NCBI GenBank assembly: GCA_002633005.1
Contig: NMRA01000533.1
Coordinates: 62,001-126,000, forward strand
Source of the DNA: Phoronis australis
Lineage: Eukaryota; Animalia; Phoronida
Reading direction: 5' to 3'
DNA length: 64,000 nt
Part shown: positions 13,801 through 27,100 of the stretch, in pieces
Numbering within the stretch: the stretch's first letter is position 1
Layout of the letters: every line of letters begins with the position of its first letter
The notes under the pieces: model-generated
The model's input: only the letters and a program-made list of their open reading frames with translations
What the model was told of the DNA's origin: nothing
The model's database searches: none
Translations under genes and position numbers: made by a program

Positions 13801-14206
13801 ATAGTCTGAAATTAGGAGACTGTTAAAATGAAGATTTCAGCTGTAAAATAAAAGTTTAGAAGTGTTGACTTTGATGCCATCTGGTGAGAGAGTAAATCTA
13901 TGACATATATTATGTCAAATACACCACAGAGGCTTATTGCGACGCCTTCGTGTGACTAAGTTAAAACTCCCAGTGGCAAGATACGGTTTTGATGCGTTCT
14001 TAATTTGTAAATCCACAGTTATGCTAGTTGTCAGTAAAGAGTTTAAGGATATTTGAAGGATCACATCCAGGCATAAAGTACAACAAACACGATGTGTGAA
14101 CTGCGATTACTTGAATTATTGTGGCTTGTTCTCAGTCTCAGTTTTATTTAATACAACAATGTAGTGATATCTAATTTATGTCATCCCACCTGTTCCATTG
14201 TACCAG

Positions 14207-14329
14207 TGGACGAGTGTGTAAAGAAGTTGCAGAAGTGCGACGCAAATGCCGTTTGCATCAAACCCCTGTTTGGAGACTACGTGTGCCAGTGTTCATTTGG
14301 GTACGAAGGCGACGGACTCACCTGTCGAA
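14207..14329 (+). CDS. EGF-like domain exon (xDECVKKLQKCDANAVCIKPLFGDYVCQCSFGYEGDGLTCR)
   Basis: 123 nt between CCAG acceptor and GTAAGA donor, phase 1-1. Six Cys with EGF spacing, including C-x-C-x2-GY-x-GDG-x2-C. Missed by the ORF track. Confidence 0.92.
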
Positions 14330-16353
14330 GTAAGAATTGACAACATTCAGTTTCCTCCACATTCAAGTACTGTAGCGCGCATACATGTAAGTCAACGCAC
14401 TGCCGATACGGCGTAGATACGGTATCTACACAGAGATAGACTTATTATACAAATAATGCGAGACGACATGCACCACCATGTTGTTGTTGCTCCAACTAAG
14501 CATGCAGATTGTGGGATATCGGTTCAAAATTGAATTAACTGCAAAATAGTGACCAATAGAAAGCAATAAAAGATTAACGTACGTTTCTAGGAAGATTCTT
14601 AAAAATGTGTTATAAGAAATTGATTAGGTTTCCGACAAAGCTCGGGCCTAAGTCGTACATGCAACTTAGAAATGTCGGGTTCGATGTGTGTTTTTAAATA
14701 TAACTTCGGCGATTAAATTAATGAGTCATTCACTATCAACACTATAATACATATAGAAGAGTATGGAAATGGAGAAGGCGCGAGCATACGACAAAATGAA
14801 CGTGTGATTCAAGATACTTCATTTACAATGCAACAGATCAAATTTTAAGTAAAGAAACAACACATTTTTTGCAACAAAGTATGACCGATATCTCTAACTG
14901 ATTTAAAAAATGACGGGAGGGCAGAAAAATATCACAGGAAACGCCTAAAATATTGGGTCTGAGGTCTAAAAAAATGTTAAATTTTACTTTAAGCTGCTCA
15001 ATTCAAGTGTAATTGAGCCTTACCGAAATTGACATTGCCATTAAAGTATTCACCCTGATCGTTAAATACGAGGTCTTAGTTATAGTTTTAAGTTATAGTA
15101 AATGTCATGATAGGCTGGCATTGGCACCTTGCGCTTGGGTTACTGAAGACTGGAACCGGTCCTACTGTTGTCGCCATTGGTCAATATTTTGTACTGACTT
15201 CCCGTTCGTCACCAATTTTGTGGAGACATGAGTCCCATGCGCTGCCCCGGCTGTTTCAAATTTCTAGTCGCCCTTCCGTTTTTCATCTGAAAACAACCTT
15301 TGTTACATTCGTTTAACTGAATTTGAAGAACATACATCGCTTTTGAACGTAAAGTGGACATTTTGTTCTAGACAGTCAAATTCTCTCAGATAATCGACAA
15401 TAAAATTAAACAACAGAGACTTCCAAAATAGACTTCATCTGCATACCGATGTCTTAATACGAAAATTTTTCCAATGGTGTAATTGTCTAAAATATCTTTC
15501 TAAAGAAATGCATTTGTGATTTTTTAAGACTTAATGTTACAGAGACGCTTACCATGTACTATAAATATTCATAATTGAACTTGAACACCTACTTATATAA
15601 ATATTAACTGATTTTCTTCGAAAAAATGTAATGTTGCACAAGTGTTTCACCAACTTCAAATACAGTCGTTATGCCTTAAAATAAACTACTGCAAAAGTTA
15701 CCATAAAACCGGGTACACATGCCCATGAGCGCTATATGTTAAACAATAACTAATTTATTGGAGTGTTTGATATAATATGCTATAGTACAAACTTGCCATT
15801 GAACATATGATATTCTGACTTGGTCTTCTTGGGAATAGACGGTTCACCGAGGATGTTACGCAGTCTCAAAAGCTTAAATTTGTAATAAATATAAATAAAT
15901 AAATAAATAAAAAAGATATGACATTTTGGAGCATTTAAAAAGCTACAACCTTCGATATAATTGAAATTAAAACCGAATTGAGATCCATGCCGTATCTACC
16001 GAAATAAAGTCTCTCACAATTTATTTTCTTTTCTCTCAAGGATAATCATGGTTCACTTCAATAAAGTGTGGCCTGTCCTTCAATGAAAAGTGGGAAACAT
16101 ACAAAAAATCGTATAAATTGTGATTTTGCATTTGGATTATGTTTTACATGTACGTAATTAAACGACTCCAAATATGAGACCATAATTGAATTTGATCATG
16201 CGAACGTATATTCGACATTTTTATCGCAATCCGCATGGCGTGTTAATATCAAAAGTGACACTCAACACTTAATGTACATGTAGGCTGCGGCTGCGGCCAA
16301 TTTGCCCTCCTTAAATATTAAAACCGTGGCTCATTTTTACTCAGGTATTGCAT

Positions 16354-16796
16354 GTAGGCCAAGTGAATGTGGTTTGTTTGTATTTGTGAATATGTTGAGA
16401 ATGAGAAAAGGCCACTTGCGCGGAAGTAGCTGCACTCTTGTTCAAGTTGACGGCTCCTTGTTGCAATTGTGCTTTGCTGGCTACCGACTGAGAAATTAGC
16501 CACGATTTCAGCGAACCCTCAAACAAGCCAGATTTGAAACAAATTAGTTTGTTGACTGTTACTTTTGCACAATAGGCCAAGTGAATGTGGTTTGTTCATA
16601 TTTGTGAATATGTTGAGAATGAAAAAAGGCCACTTGCGCGGAAGTAGCTGCACTCTTGTTCAAGTTGACGGCCCCTTGTTGCAATTGTGCTTTGCTGGCT
16701 ACCGACTGAGAAATTAGCCACGATTTCAGCGAACCCAGCCAGAAACAAGCCAGATTTGAAACAAATTAGTTTGTTGACTGTTACTTTTGCACAATA
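16354..16796. repeat. Two-copy ~220 bp tandem duplication
   Basis: TAGGCCAAGTGAATGTGG...TTACTTTTGCACAATA occurs twice back to back and nearly identically. Confidence 0.85.
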
Positions 16797-16939
16797 TTTT
16801 TGGAATTGGAAAGACATTTGCCTTCGGAATCTTATGTTGGCTTTAGTCTAACATGGACAGGGAAGTGATGGCTTTTTGTGTAAAAGTGCCGATTTTGAGT
16901 GTTTGCCCCTATTTTTCTTAGTCAGCTTGGTAGAAAAAT

Positions 16940-19482
16940 TAACGAGAGCGTAGCGACACTTGGCGAAATTACGCGAAAACAGGACGATGGGGAGGACGAC
17001 GACGACGACAACGACGGTGACGATGAAGGCAGAGATTACGAACAACACGATAATATTCATGGGACTAGCTAACAAATTACTAAGAAATAGGCCGCAGTCT
17101 TGTTCATGCACTCGGTAAACCGGCAACAGTGAGAGAGCGCTCGGAGGAGCGACACTTGGCGAAATTACGCGAAAACAGGACGATGGGGAGGACGACAATG
17201 ATGACGATGAAGGCGGAGATTATGAACAACACCATAACATTCATGTGACTAGCGTTTAAAACTCTATCGAACTGTACAATTTTCTTCCGAAATAACCAGT
17301 TCCCTGCAAGCACTAGAAAAGGTCTGACTACAGATTCAGAATGCCCGTCCTCTCTAGATTCTAACTACTGCATGCAGTCACAGTAAGCCCCTTACCACCT
17401 ACTTTTTGGCATATTTGATCTGTCTGACAGCCACCTGAAATCGCACCCGGTTTCTCAGACAGCAGACGACAGGGGTAGATAGCAAATGACAGCCACCCGT
17501 TTGCATCAAAAGTAGGCAAAAACTTGGCTTTTCTCATTCAAATACACAAGTAGAGCAGTTTCTTGGCAATTGTTGTCAACAATTTCCTCAAACCAACCGC
17601 CAAACCCGACACACGCCCTCAACATAAATTCTAGGCACTAGAAAATGCTCCTTGGCCGTTGCCTGCGGCCTGACTCTTCAGTGCTACCTACAACCTTGAG
17701 TGACACTAGGCAAAATTAACGACAATGATAATTGTGATGATGAAGGTGGCGATGATGAACAACATCATAACATTTATATGACGAACTTAAATATCATAAA
17801 TGAACTGCAGTCTTGTTCAATAGAAGCTAAACCAACATCAATGCAGCAAGAGCGCACAATAAAGGAACTGCGCTATCAGAAAATCTCGAATAATTCAAAA
17901 AGTAGACGTGGTAGCGGAAAATGGAAGATATCTCCTGAAAGCCCGTTCAAAACTCTATAATTTTTTGAAAAAATAAATTTTTGCGTTTTTTTGAAATTCA
18001 GTCATATAACTCGAAAACAGTTAGTCTGAGAAAAACGTAATCGCTAAACTTTTGAAAGAACATACTTCAAGGAATCCACATGCAAAAATTCTTATCATTT
18101 GCTCTTCCCGTTAAAAATGCGAGAGCAGAACAATTGAAAACGGGTGAAAATGCGCCAGAGCCGCCATCTTGAAAGTGACTTCCGGTTTAACAAAATTTTA
18201 TAAAAGCCGATTAATAGCAACAAACATGTGACCAGTTTGAAAATGATTGGTTCACCAATGTGCCCTCTACAGGCGAAAACGTTTTCCGCCAGATATCTAG
18301 GTGCGCATGGGCAGTTGCCAATATTTTCGCCTTGTTTGACTAGAAGTCAACGATTTTCGGCACAGCTGCAGCAAATGTGATCGATAATAATCGTCTTACG
18401 TTTCAGCCCTGTACGTCAAAAAATGCGGCCTCTACGAGCATTTGGCTGTGAAATCGGAAACAAAATGGCCACCACGTCCGCCATTTTGCAACCGATCACG
18501 ACGAAAAATAGTAGCTGTCTAGTACTTCCTGATCTACACGTCGTGTGCAAATTTCGTGAAAATCGGACGAAAATTGCGACCTGTAGAAAGCGAAAAACAA
18601 AAATGATTGATGAGCCATGCTTTGTTCCCACGATCCAAACTAGGTGGCGCTATGCGACAGGGTAGGAACAGCGCTATCGGAAAATCTCAAATAATTCAAA
18701 AGGTTGACGTCGGAGCGAAAAATGAAAAAAATCTTCTGAAAGCCCTTGCAAAACTCTACCTACTTTGATAGTTTTGGAACATTCCATAACTTTTTCGAAA
18801 AAATTGAAGTTTTGCGTTTTTTTGAAATTCAAATTCAAATAACTCGAAAACGGTAAGTCTGAGAAAAACTCTCCCAGAACTTCTGAAAGAGCATTGTTTA
18901 AGGAATCCACATACAAAAATCCACGTCATTTGCTCTTCCCGTTAAAAACGCAACCGCAGAACGATTGAAATGTGCGAACATGCACCACAGCCGCCATCCT
19001 GTATGTGACTTCCGGTTAAACACAATTAATTCTATAAAAGCTTATTAATATCATCAGACACGTGACCAGTTTGAAACTGATTGGTTCGCAAACGCGCCCT
19101 CTAGAGGAGAAAATGTTTTTGGCCAGATATCGGGGTGCGCATGCGGCACTACCAATATTTCCGCTATCTTTAATCGGAAGTCATCGATTTTCAGCCCAGT
19201 TGTAGCACATGTGTTCTATAATAATCGTTTTACGTTTCAGCCCTGTACGTCGAAAAATGCGGCCTCTATGAGCATTTGACTGTGAAATCGGAAATGAAAT
19301 GGCCGCCACGTCCGCCATTTTTAATCTGTTCATGACCAAAAACAACAGCTTTCGAGTACTTCACTATCTACACGTCGTGTTCAAATTTCGTGAAAATCGG
19401 ACGAAAATTGCGACATGTAGAGAGCGAACAAACAAAAAAATTGCTGTCAGACCAACATACTTGGCGAAATTTCGCCATTAAT
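16940..19482 (-). mobile_element. Composite HINE/Helentron-like non-autonomous element(s) with a ~800 bp internal duplication
   Basis: ACTTGGCGAAAT motif at ~16957, ~17154 and ~19459; perfect palindrome TGGCGAAATTTCGCCA (19462-19477); (GAC)n microsatellite; diverged units ~17865-18600 and ~18670-19430. Confidence 0.55.
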
Positions 19483-21659
19483 AAATCTTATCACTCGACT
19501 TACGATTATATAGAGATGGCTACCTTACATCTTCCTCTCGAGGACTTCATCAGCCGAAAGGCGTTGTCGACTGTGTAAACAATGCCGGGATCAAACTGTG
19601 TGGACGGCCAAACAAACAGTTGAACTTAACAATGTTGTGGATTACTCGAAGGTTAAACACCAAATTATTATGTTTGTTCCAAGACATGTACTTTTTCAGT
19701 TTTGTGGCTATTCTGTAGGCCTATCTGACTTTGAATTCGGAGTTTCACTCATGTGGGGCTTTGTCTCGGCTTCTGCTGGATCCCAGCACTAGTGTAGCGG
19801 TAGTCCCCGGAAAGTTGTTGTTAAGGACATTTTTACTTTTTTTGCATTTATTTCGACCTATGTTGGGCATCGTTGTTTGGTAGCACAGGTATTTTTTTGT
19901 TCTTCATATGCTCGTAGCCCGACGTTCAACTGAAATTGTTAGATTCGATAGGCACATGCTGGCAGGGCACTACATTACTCAATTCAAAGCCTCGTCCGAA
20001 CTTTTGTCACGAAAAAATAATCGGTTTAATTAGTTTTTGATGAGGACCCTAGTAAACACTACCCCTGTACAGTTAAGGAGAGCTCATTTTGTAGTTGTTC
20101 AAACACTATAATTGGATTTATAAAACTTTAAAAACCGTTTTAGTAATTTTTGTAAATGGTCACTTTTTGCCACTAGACCAGACCTGTCATCTTTTGTTAC
20201 CATACCAGAGCTTAGTGATCGTGTTACGTTTAAAGTTAAATGCAAACAACCTTTATGCATTGAAATTACAAAAATATGAAGTTCATCAGGAGGTTTGTCT
20301 TCATGGTGCACTGAATTACGGCCAATTGCATGCGTTAATTTGACTTTTAGACACATCCCAAGACCTACCGGATCTAACTAATTGCCTAGGATAAGATGAG
20401 TATGTGCCTGAGCTAGGAACCTGATTTTTAATCAAAATATTTCGCTCGAAGACTAGAAAAGTATAAACAGTGCTATCGATTTGACCTATTTTACTTGGAG
20501 AATACCATCAGTTTTGACCTACTTTTCATTTGACCGAATTTAGCAGACGGCAGAATAAAAATGTCGGCGAATACCCACTGATTTTGTTCGAAACATCCTG
20601 TAATCTATGGCATCGTGCAGGTAATTGGACTTAAGGTACATATCCAGCTTTACATGAACACATCGGATCAGTGGTCTTGTCTGTTTTCAAGTTAAGGTGT
20701 ACTACGTGTGGGATTCTTCTGATTTTCGATGGCTCCGAAATACTTTTCCTCGAACACTTATTTTTTCATCGTCGCAGCATTAAATATTCCCAAGTTATGA
20801 ACGTACAATTTTCAGCTGAAAGGTACCGCCTGTTGTTTTTGTCGAAGCGTTTTCTGAAAGTTCAAAAAACGTTCATGAATTCCACCAGGAATAATCGCTT
20901 AGCGACTGTTTACTTGCCTCTGACGTCTTGTTTGTTTGTCAGGTATCACGTGACTTTCCGCAAGGAAGTCAATTCCAAAAATAGTCCCGAGTTGTTCGGA
21001 AATGATGAAAATTCGGTAATTCTGACACTATTTTGCATAAAGGGACGCACGCGACATGTTTTGACTTTGTTTCTATTGACATTCAATAGTCCATCAATTT
21101 ACCTCAAAAAGTGCAATAAACAAGCTCATATTTGGCAGTATACGGGGTCATTTTCAACTTAATTTTATTAAAAAACTGAACTAACAGGAAATTGTGAACC
21201 AAGTTTTGAATCGGTCAGTGATGTGATTTATTGAGCCGGGTCATAGTTTGTTGAAATTCATTTGGAGATTTAACTTTATTTGACGCAATATTATCATTTT
21301 ATGGGATACTATGTATAGAACAGTCAAGCATACATTTCGTAAGTCTCATATGTCAATAAATGAAAGAATTCACCTCACCACGTATTGCATACCGGAAATA
21401 GTAATTACGCCAAGTGAACGATGTTCGTGATATCAAAACTCTAAAGAGCTGCATACCCGAAAATGCTTACATGTACCTCCGCAACTTGCGCCGTCCGTGA
21501 AAATATAAGACAACGATTCCAGCAATCACGCCCATGAGATTCTGAGCAACGATTTCGGTGTCACCCCAAGAACCAAACCTTAATTAAGTCTGGTTTCAAC
21601 TCAACATTTTTGACACTCAACATTCATTTTAAATACCTTGTCAACTTGAAAATTTTTAG

Positions 21660-21836
21660 GGAAAGTGTGTGGACCGCCTGATGTCAACCCCAGTTCAACT
21701 GTTAACACTACGTCCGAAGTTTATGAAGGAATATCGAGATATTCTTGTGATGAAGGATACGAAAGATTGGCTGGTGACGAAACGCGTACGTGTGATGCTT
21801 ACGGTGAATGGTCAGGATCACCACTAGTTTGTACTG
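21660..21836 (+). CDS. Sushi/CCP exon 1, divergent (KVCGPPDVNPSSTVNTTSEVYEGISRYSCDEGYERLAGDETRTCDAYGEWSGSPLVCT)
   Basis: 177 nt, TTTTTAG acceptor, GTAAGC donor, phase 1-1. Four Cys, YSC-x2-GY and C-x3-G-x-WSG-x-P-x-x-C CCP signature. Confidence 0.93.
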
Positions 21837-21964
21837 GTAAGCAAAATATTATCCACACTGGAAGTTGTAAAGGCGAGCCTAAATATTATTTCGTTGTTCT
21901 TTTTTCACAAACTGTTCTCCGATGTTCAAACACACACTCCGGGCATTATATAACCCCATACCAA

Positions 21965-22670
21965 TAAACCACAGAAAATTCAGAAACTGGTAATGGGAAT
22001 AGACCGACTGGTCTCTAGATTGACAGTCTAGGACAGTTACCACTGAGCCTTTTAGGACCTGATACCAGTGTACTTACTGTTTGCAGCCAACTGTTGTGTC
22101 ATATATCACACGAGCGACGTTTCGCCTTTTCCACACGAGATTTGAACAATTTAATAATCATAAATTTAACAGTATATATAGACTAGGAGGTTTACCTATA
22201 GTTTACTATATCAAATAAACACACAGAAATCAGAAAACCCAACTGGTAATCGGTCCATTGGTCTCTATATTGTCTGTCTTGTACTCTCACCACTGAGCTA
22301 CTGAGGACCCGACATCTGTGCAATTACTGTTTTCGGCATCCTTTTACATCATATTTCCCATGAGCAGCGTTTTGATTTTTTCAAATGGTATTTGGAAAAT
22401 TATGTAACCAGCGTATTACCAGTAGTTGTTAATTACATATAGCAAATATATAAACTCTGGGGTTGGCCAATCATGTATCACGTAAACACAGCAAAATCAG
22501 AAACCCTAACAGGGATTCGAAGCTCAGATATCTAGATTGCCGATATATTGCTCTTGCCACAGAGTTACTGCTGATCAGGTATCTGCAATTACTCTTTGTG
22601 GATCACTTGATGTTACATATCCCGTGAACAGAGTTTCGTCTTTTTTGGGTGGGATGTGGACAATTAAATA
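21965..22670 (-). repeat. Three degenerate tandem copies (~255 bp period) of a tRNA-derived, SINE-head-like unit
   Basis: Minus strand reads CAGTAGCTCAGTGGTGAGA (A-box-like, ~22290) and GCTTCGAATCCC (B-box-like, ~22515). Shared ACAGAAA..TCAGAAA and TCTAGATTG blocks occur at ~21970, ~22225 and ~22490. Confidence 0.5.
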
Positions 22671-23089
22671 ATCAACGATGATCTCGTATTTTGTTCGATT
22701 TTTTTCAGTAGAGCTATATTTTTCTGAACTTTTGCACTCCTAAATGTACAAAGTAGAGAGGAGACAACCCTGAGAATTGCTGAGAAGTAATTATTGCCAG
22801 GTTATAGTTTTTCAAAATTTGATTTTAGCCATAATAGCATCAAAAAAGGCCAATCGCACACAAAAAAGCTCTTATTAGTTAGACGTTTCATTGATTTATT
22901 AGGAGATGTCAGCATACAAACAATCATATACCATCTGTCAATGTGCGAGTCAGATTACATCCATGAAGCCACGTGAGTTCAACAACAATGAAAGGAAATA
23001 GTTAATAGATTATCACCATAGATGTAGGGTCTCTGAGGTCTGCATGTTATGCAGATATCCAGAAGCATGCCGGTCCTCAATAGTAGGTA

Positions 23090-23270
23090 CAAATGTATTC
23101 GAACGATACGTTTGCTTTACTTTCATCCAAGAACTAAGTCGACAACTTTTTCCATCTTATATGAACAATTTGCAACCGTCCATAAATTTCAATGGTGAAG
23201 TTGAGCTTGAGTCGTTTTTACCTTTACTAGATGTCTTTCTTAAACGGGAGGATACCACCGTTGTAATATC
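23090..23270 (+). pseudogene. Penelope-like retroelement reverse-transcriptase fragment
   Basis: RYVCFTF (decayed RYVDDTF) followed by MNNLQPSINFNGEVELESFLPLLDVFLKRED, matching the PLE motif LN-x2-HP-x-I-x-FT-x-E-x-E-x4-LPFLDV. Confidence 0.7.
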
Positions 23271-23749
23271 TGCCCAGTTTTTCTAGGTTTTACCTCAAAT
23301 TTGATATTTTTGTGCCGATACAGTGCAAGAGATATCTAGTCAATTTCTTCTTGTATCGTGACTGGATAATTCGTTCTACCAATTTAACCTTTGTCTGTGA
23401 CTTTCAGTAATTACATGACAATGGTTACTATAAGATTTTTGAAGAGCTGTAAAAGGTACTTCCTTCAAAATGAATGGTGATGGTAACGTAACGCTTAGTT
23501 ACAATGGGCCCAGAAGGCTGAAGTTTAAACGCGAATTATCTTGTCTTATTCATTACATTGACACAGCGGTTGAGCTGATTTTGATTTTTAACCCCTTTGT
23601 GAACTTCCCAGTATGCTATGAAATCATATATTTCTTTTGTTAAACAGAAGCGATGTTGGTCATCAGGTTGAGTGTGATAATTGTAATGATTTATATATTG
23701 CACTCACACGGAGATGTCTCAGTGACAGATTGAGAGAACATCACACCTC

Positions 23750-25690
23750 ACACAAAAGCAACATCTCAAGGCATTGTGTCAGTAACAATCACCAAGCCAA
23801 TTCAGTCAAATTTTGAGGTCAAGGTCAAGGTCAAATCCCAAAAAACAAAATGGCCGCCCGGTAACACAATCTATGGTTGCTTGAGATATGATCACACATT
23901 TTAAGGCTAGGTAATAGTGTTTTATTAACTAGAAATATATCATAATGGCATCGCAATATCTTTTCCTCATAATATCAAGACCCCTCACTTGCATAATTTC
24001 AATATGGCCACCAAAATGTAACTAACCAGCTGCAATTTTAACAAAATCATCTATTTTGATCTGATGCAAGACTAATAATACAACATCAAATAGGTTTTCT
24101 TACCACAAATTTATTAGATTTATCATTAATTTGTGCAATTGTTATGAAAATTCAGTTGACGTTATGATAAAAAGACCAATATATGCATAGAACTTGACAG
24201 ACTACCAAAAACTCAGAGGCCAGCTTTCAAAAATGTCGTTAGCATGTTTCTTCTTAAGCTCCTGTCTACATATAATCCGATTGTCATCTGCTTATAATAT
24301 CAACACAATAAAACAGATTAGTCTCAAATTGTCATTGCAGACCACATAATTCAATTAACATTATCATCTGTTCCTTTAGTCCATGTCAATGAAATGTTCC
24401 GCGGTATTTGCTAAGTGTTGTGCATGCTAAGGAATTGCTTTTAATTTATATTTCTTGCTGCTAAGTGGTATGCTCTTGCAACTATGCTTGTCACTCTGCC
24501 ATCCAAACCTCTATGGACTTGGTTTCCCGTGGATGGGCATCAGGCTGCCAGCTTGATACTAGCATTTGTTAACTTGATTTATCAGATGAGATTGGGTAGG
24601 CGATAAATTTGGCATGATCTGAATTTTTTGTTGGAAAAGCTACTTTTATAAAGTATTGACTTGGCTGGTTTTGACTATTTGATCATAAACGAAACATGTA
24701 AACGTCTGAATTGTTTTGAATTACTGACTCTCGACGGTGAGTTGCTGAAAGGAATTGATTGCCGGCACGAGAATGCCTGAGTAGCATCACGGTAAGCTTT
24801 TCATGTCTCCCATGCTGTTTTCTTCCCTTTTCCATAGAACTGGGACGTTGTGTCCAACCCTGTTAAGGCATGGAACATGGGTAGAGCTACACAAAAATCG
24901 TACCTAAGTAGTCAAACAAACTCTTGACGAAGAGTTCCCTCGCGTTCTTTCCAGCTTTAACCACTACCCGTAATTGAATTGCTGGCTGCAAAGCCTCAAG
25001 CTGATTAAAACACCAAGAAGAACGACCACAACATCAGTATCAATTGTAGAAACCAGTATTCTCTAATTAGCTTTGATCAAAGCGTCCGCAATGTACAAGC
25101 ACATACAGGTGTCCGACTCTCGGTGTTATGTCAGAACCAGAGGAAAGAACAGAGTGACCGTGCGTAACATATATAATTTGTCCTGGAGGATAGGCGATTT
25201 CTAGAGATATCTTCAGCTATTACAGCATGAATAAATTTTCGAGTTTGCAAGAAATTCTGGAAGTACAGAGACAGTTGCATTTGGTGTGAAACTTAATTAC
25301 CAAGATCACCTGTAGCTCAATCAGCGGTGGTCTTCAAGGTGTCTTCAGTGTAATCGTCAAACACAATGTCAAATCTACAGCAGTTGTGAAGGTTAGAATG
25401 TGCCCACTTAGCAGTTTTCGCTGAACTGTCCGAATGTCGCTGATTCGCGTGAAGAAAATTTTCACACCATAGCTGGCCCATCAAAGACTTTGACATCGAC
25501 TTATTCAGGAACGTCTGGATGAGAAGATTCCAACATTTTGTGCAAGTGTGACTTCTGTGAGGATAAACCGAGACTGTCGTTCTGGTTCAGGGATGGTGGC
25601 CAAGAATGATTCTCATGTATAACAAATCATCCCTCTAGAATTTGGCTATCTATAAAAACCTGACTAACTAAGCTGCAGTCTTTCTTGATG
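23750..25690 (-). mobile_element. Decayed AcademX-like DNA transposon (XPG/FEN1-like nuclease region)
   Basis: Minus-strand motifs in order: HENHSWPPSL (~25600), VKVFDGPAMV (~25480), RFDIVFDDY (~25365), HRESDTC..RILVSTIDTDVVVV (~25030-25125), ALPMFHALTGLDTTSQFYGKGKKTAWE (~24810-24890). Has stops and frameshifts. The left boundary is approximate. Confidence 0.75.
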
Positions 25691-27022
25691 TCACCCATTT
25701 CAGAACGGAATTTAAAATCAAAATTACGTTTAAACCTTTGCGAAGCTTATGCGGCCATATTCCCAACTCGGGTATCCACATGTGAGAAAGAGCACCAAAC
25801 TTTCACTAAAATATCAGCAATTTTCCCAGTGACCGAACATAGTTTCAGTCTAAAGTGAGGCATGCATGCATTTTAGACGTAGACTGCATAGTTATGCATG
25901 TGTATTCATCAGATTTTGAAGAGGTGATTATTAACCTGAGAATATATCCAAAGTTTTATGTAAAAGTCAATTACATTTGGTTCAGTCAACTGTTTTTGAA
26001 AATCACCCTACGTCTGAGGTTCATTGTTTTATTTTTGTCTCTTGTTGAAAACATTTCTTTTCAAAGAACTCAGGCACTTTCCACGAAAATGTGCAAGATC
26101 ACTCTTAAAACTGGCCCTAAACTTACCGAATCATGATAGTCCAATGAAATTTAATGGAAAGTTCTATTAAAATCCCAAGACTTATTTCAAATAGAGAAGT
26201 TCAATTTCTACATCAATTTGTTTTCCATTTCCTTTAAGCCCCTTAAACAATTTCGCTAACTAAACCTCTTTTATCAAAAACGGGCTCTCTTGGTTCAAAA
26301 CACCCATGATGTTTTAACTTCAAAAAGAAATACCCAAATCTATTTAAATAGAAGTTTTGAACATACCTCACTGCGATGAATAAACACATACGTTTTTTCA
26401 AGATCGGTGATCCTAGAGTCAAAGGTTTGGTGTTCTCGTGGAATGACAGTAAAGTTGCTGATGGAATTCATGGCTCGATAAAACATGGAAACTTAGTGCT
26501 AAACCATATTTGTAACCCAAATTCTTTACTACTTTTCAAGGAATTTTATTTTTCGAAGCAATGAGAATCGAAAAATCATAATGGTCTTAAATTTGCCAAG
26601 GAAATTTGTAGACTATGTGCTTAGTAATTGAAATTAACTTCATAGTGTCTTCATTGCCGGGAAGGTATTGTGGAAGGATACTGAGATATGATACTGTGAA
26701 CACATGTTAAAATCATATAAATTGTATATAAATATGCTAAATGAAAGTGTAGGATGTTTCAGATATTTTACCAAATATGCTCGATCTTTACTCAATGGTA
26801 GTTAAGCTAATGCGTTTCTTTCGGAAAAGGGAAATTGCTCACTGATTCGAGTACCTCTAGTTGAATAATTTGCAGGTCTCCAAACCATGTGTAATTGTTC
26901 AATCACTATAAAATTCGATTCTATTGTCATTTATAATACGGATTCTTAGACATGAAGCTAAGTTTTGGTCGATCTGCCTTGTTTTTCTAAATAAACTACA
27001 CGTCAGCATTGGATAATTATAG

Positions 27023-27100
27023 GAAAATACTGCGGAAAGCCAGACAACAACAACAATACAGCAGTTAAGGCTAACTCGGGAGTACAACTTGAATGTGCTA
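27023..27100 (+). CDS. Internally deleted Sushi mini-exon (KYCGKPDNNNNTAVKANSGVQLECA), in frame
   Basis: 78 nt with intact ATTATAG acceptor and GTAAGT donor. Equals the 177-nt sister exons minus 99 nt, with no stop codon. Confidence 0.6.
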
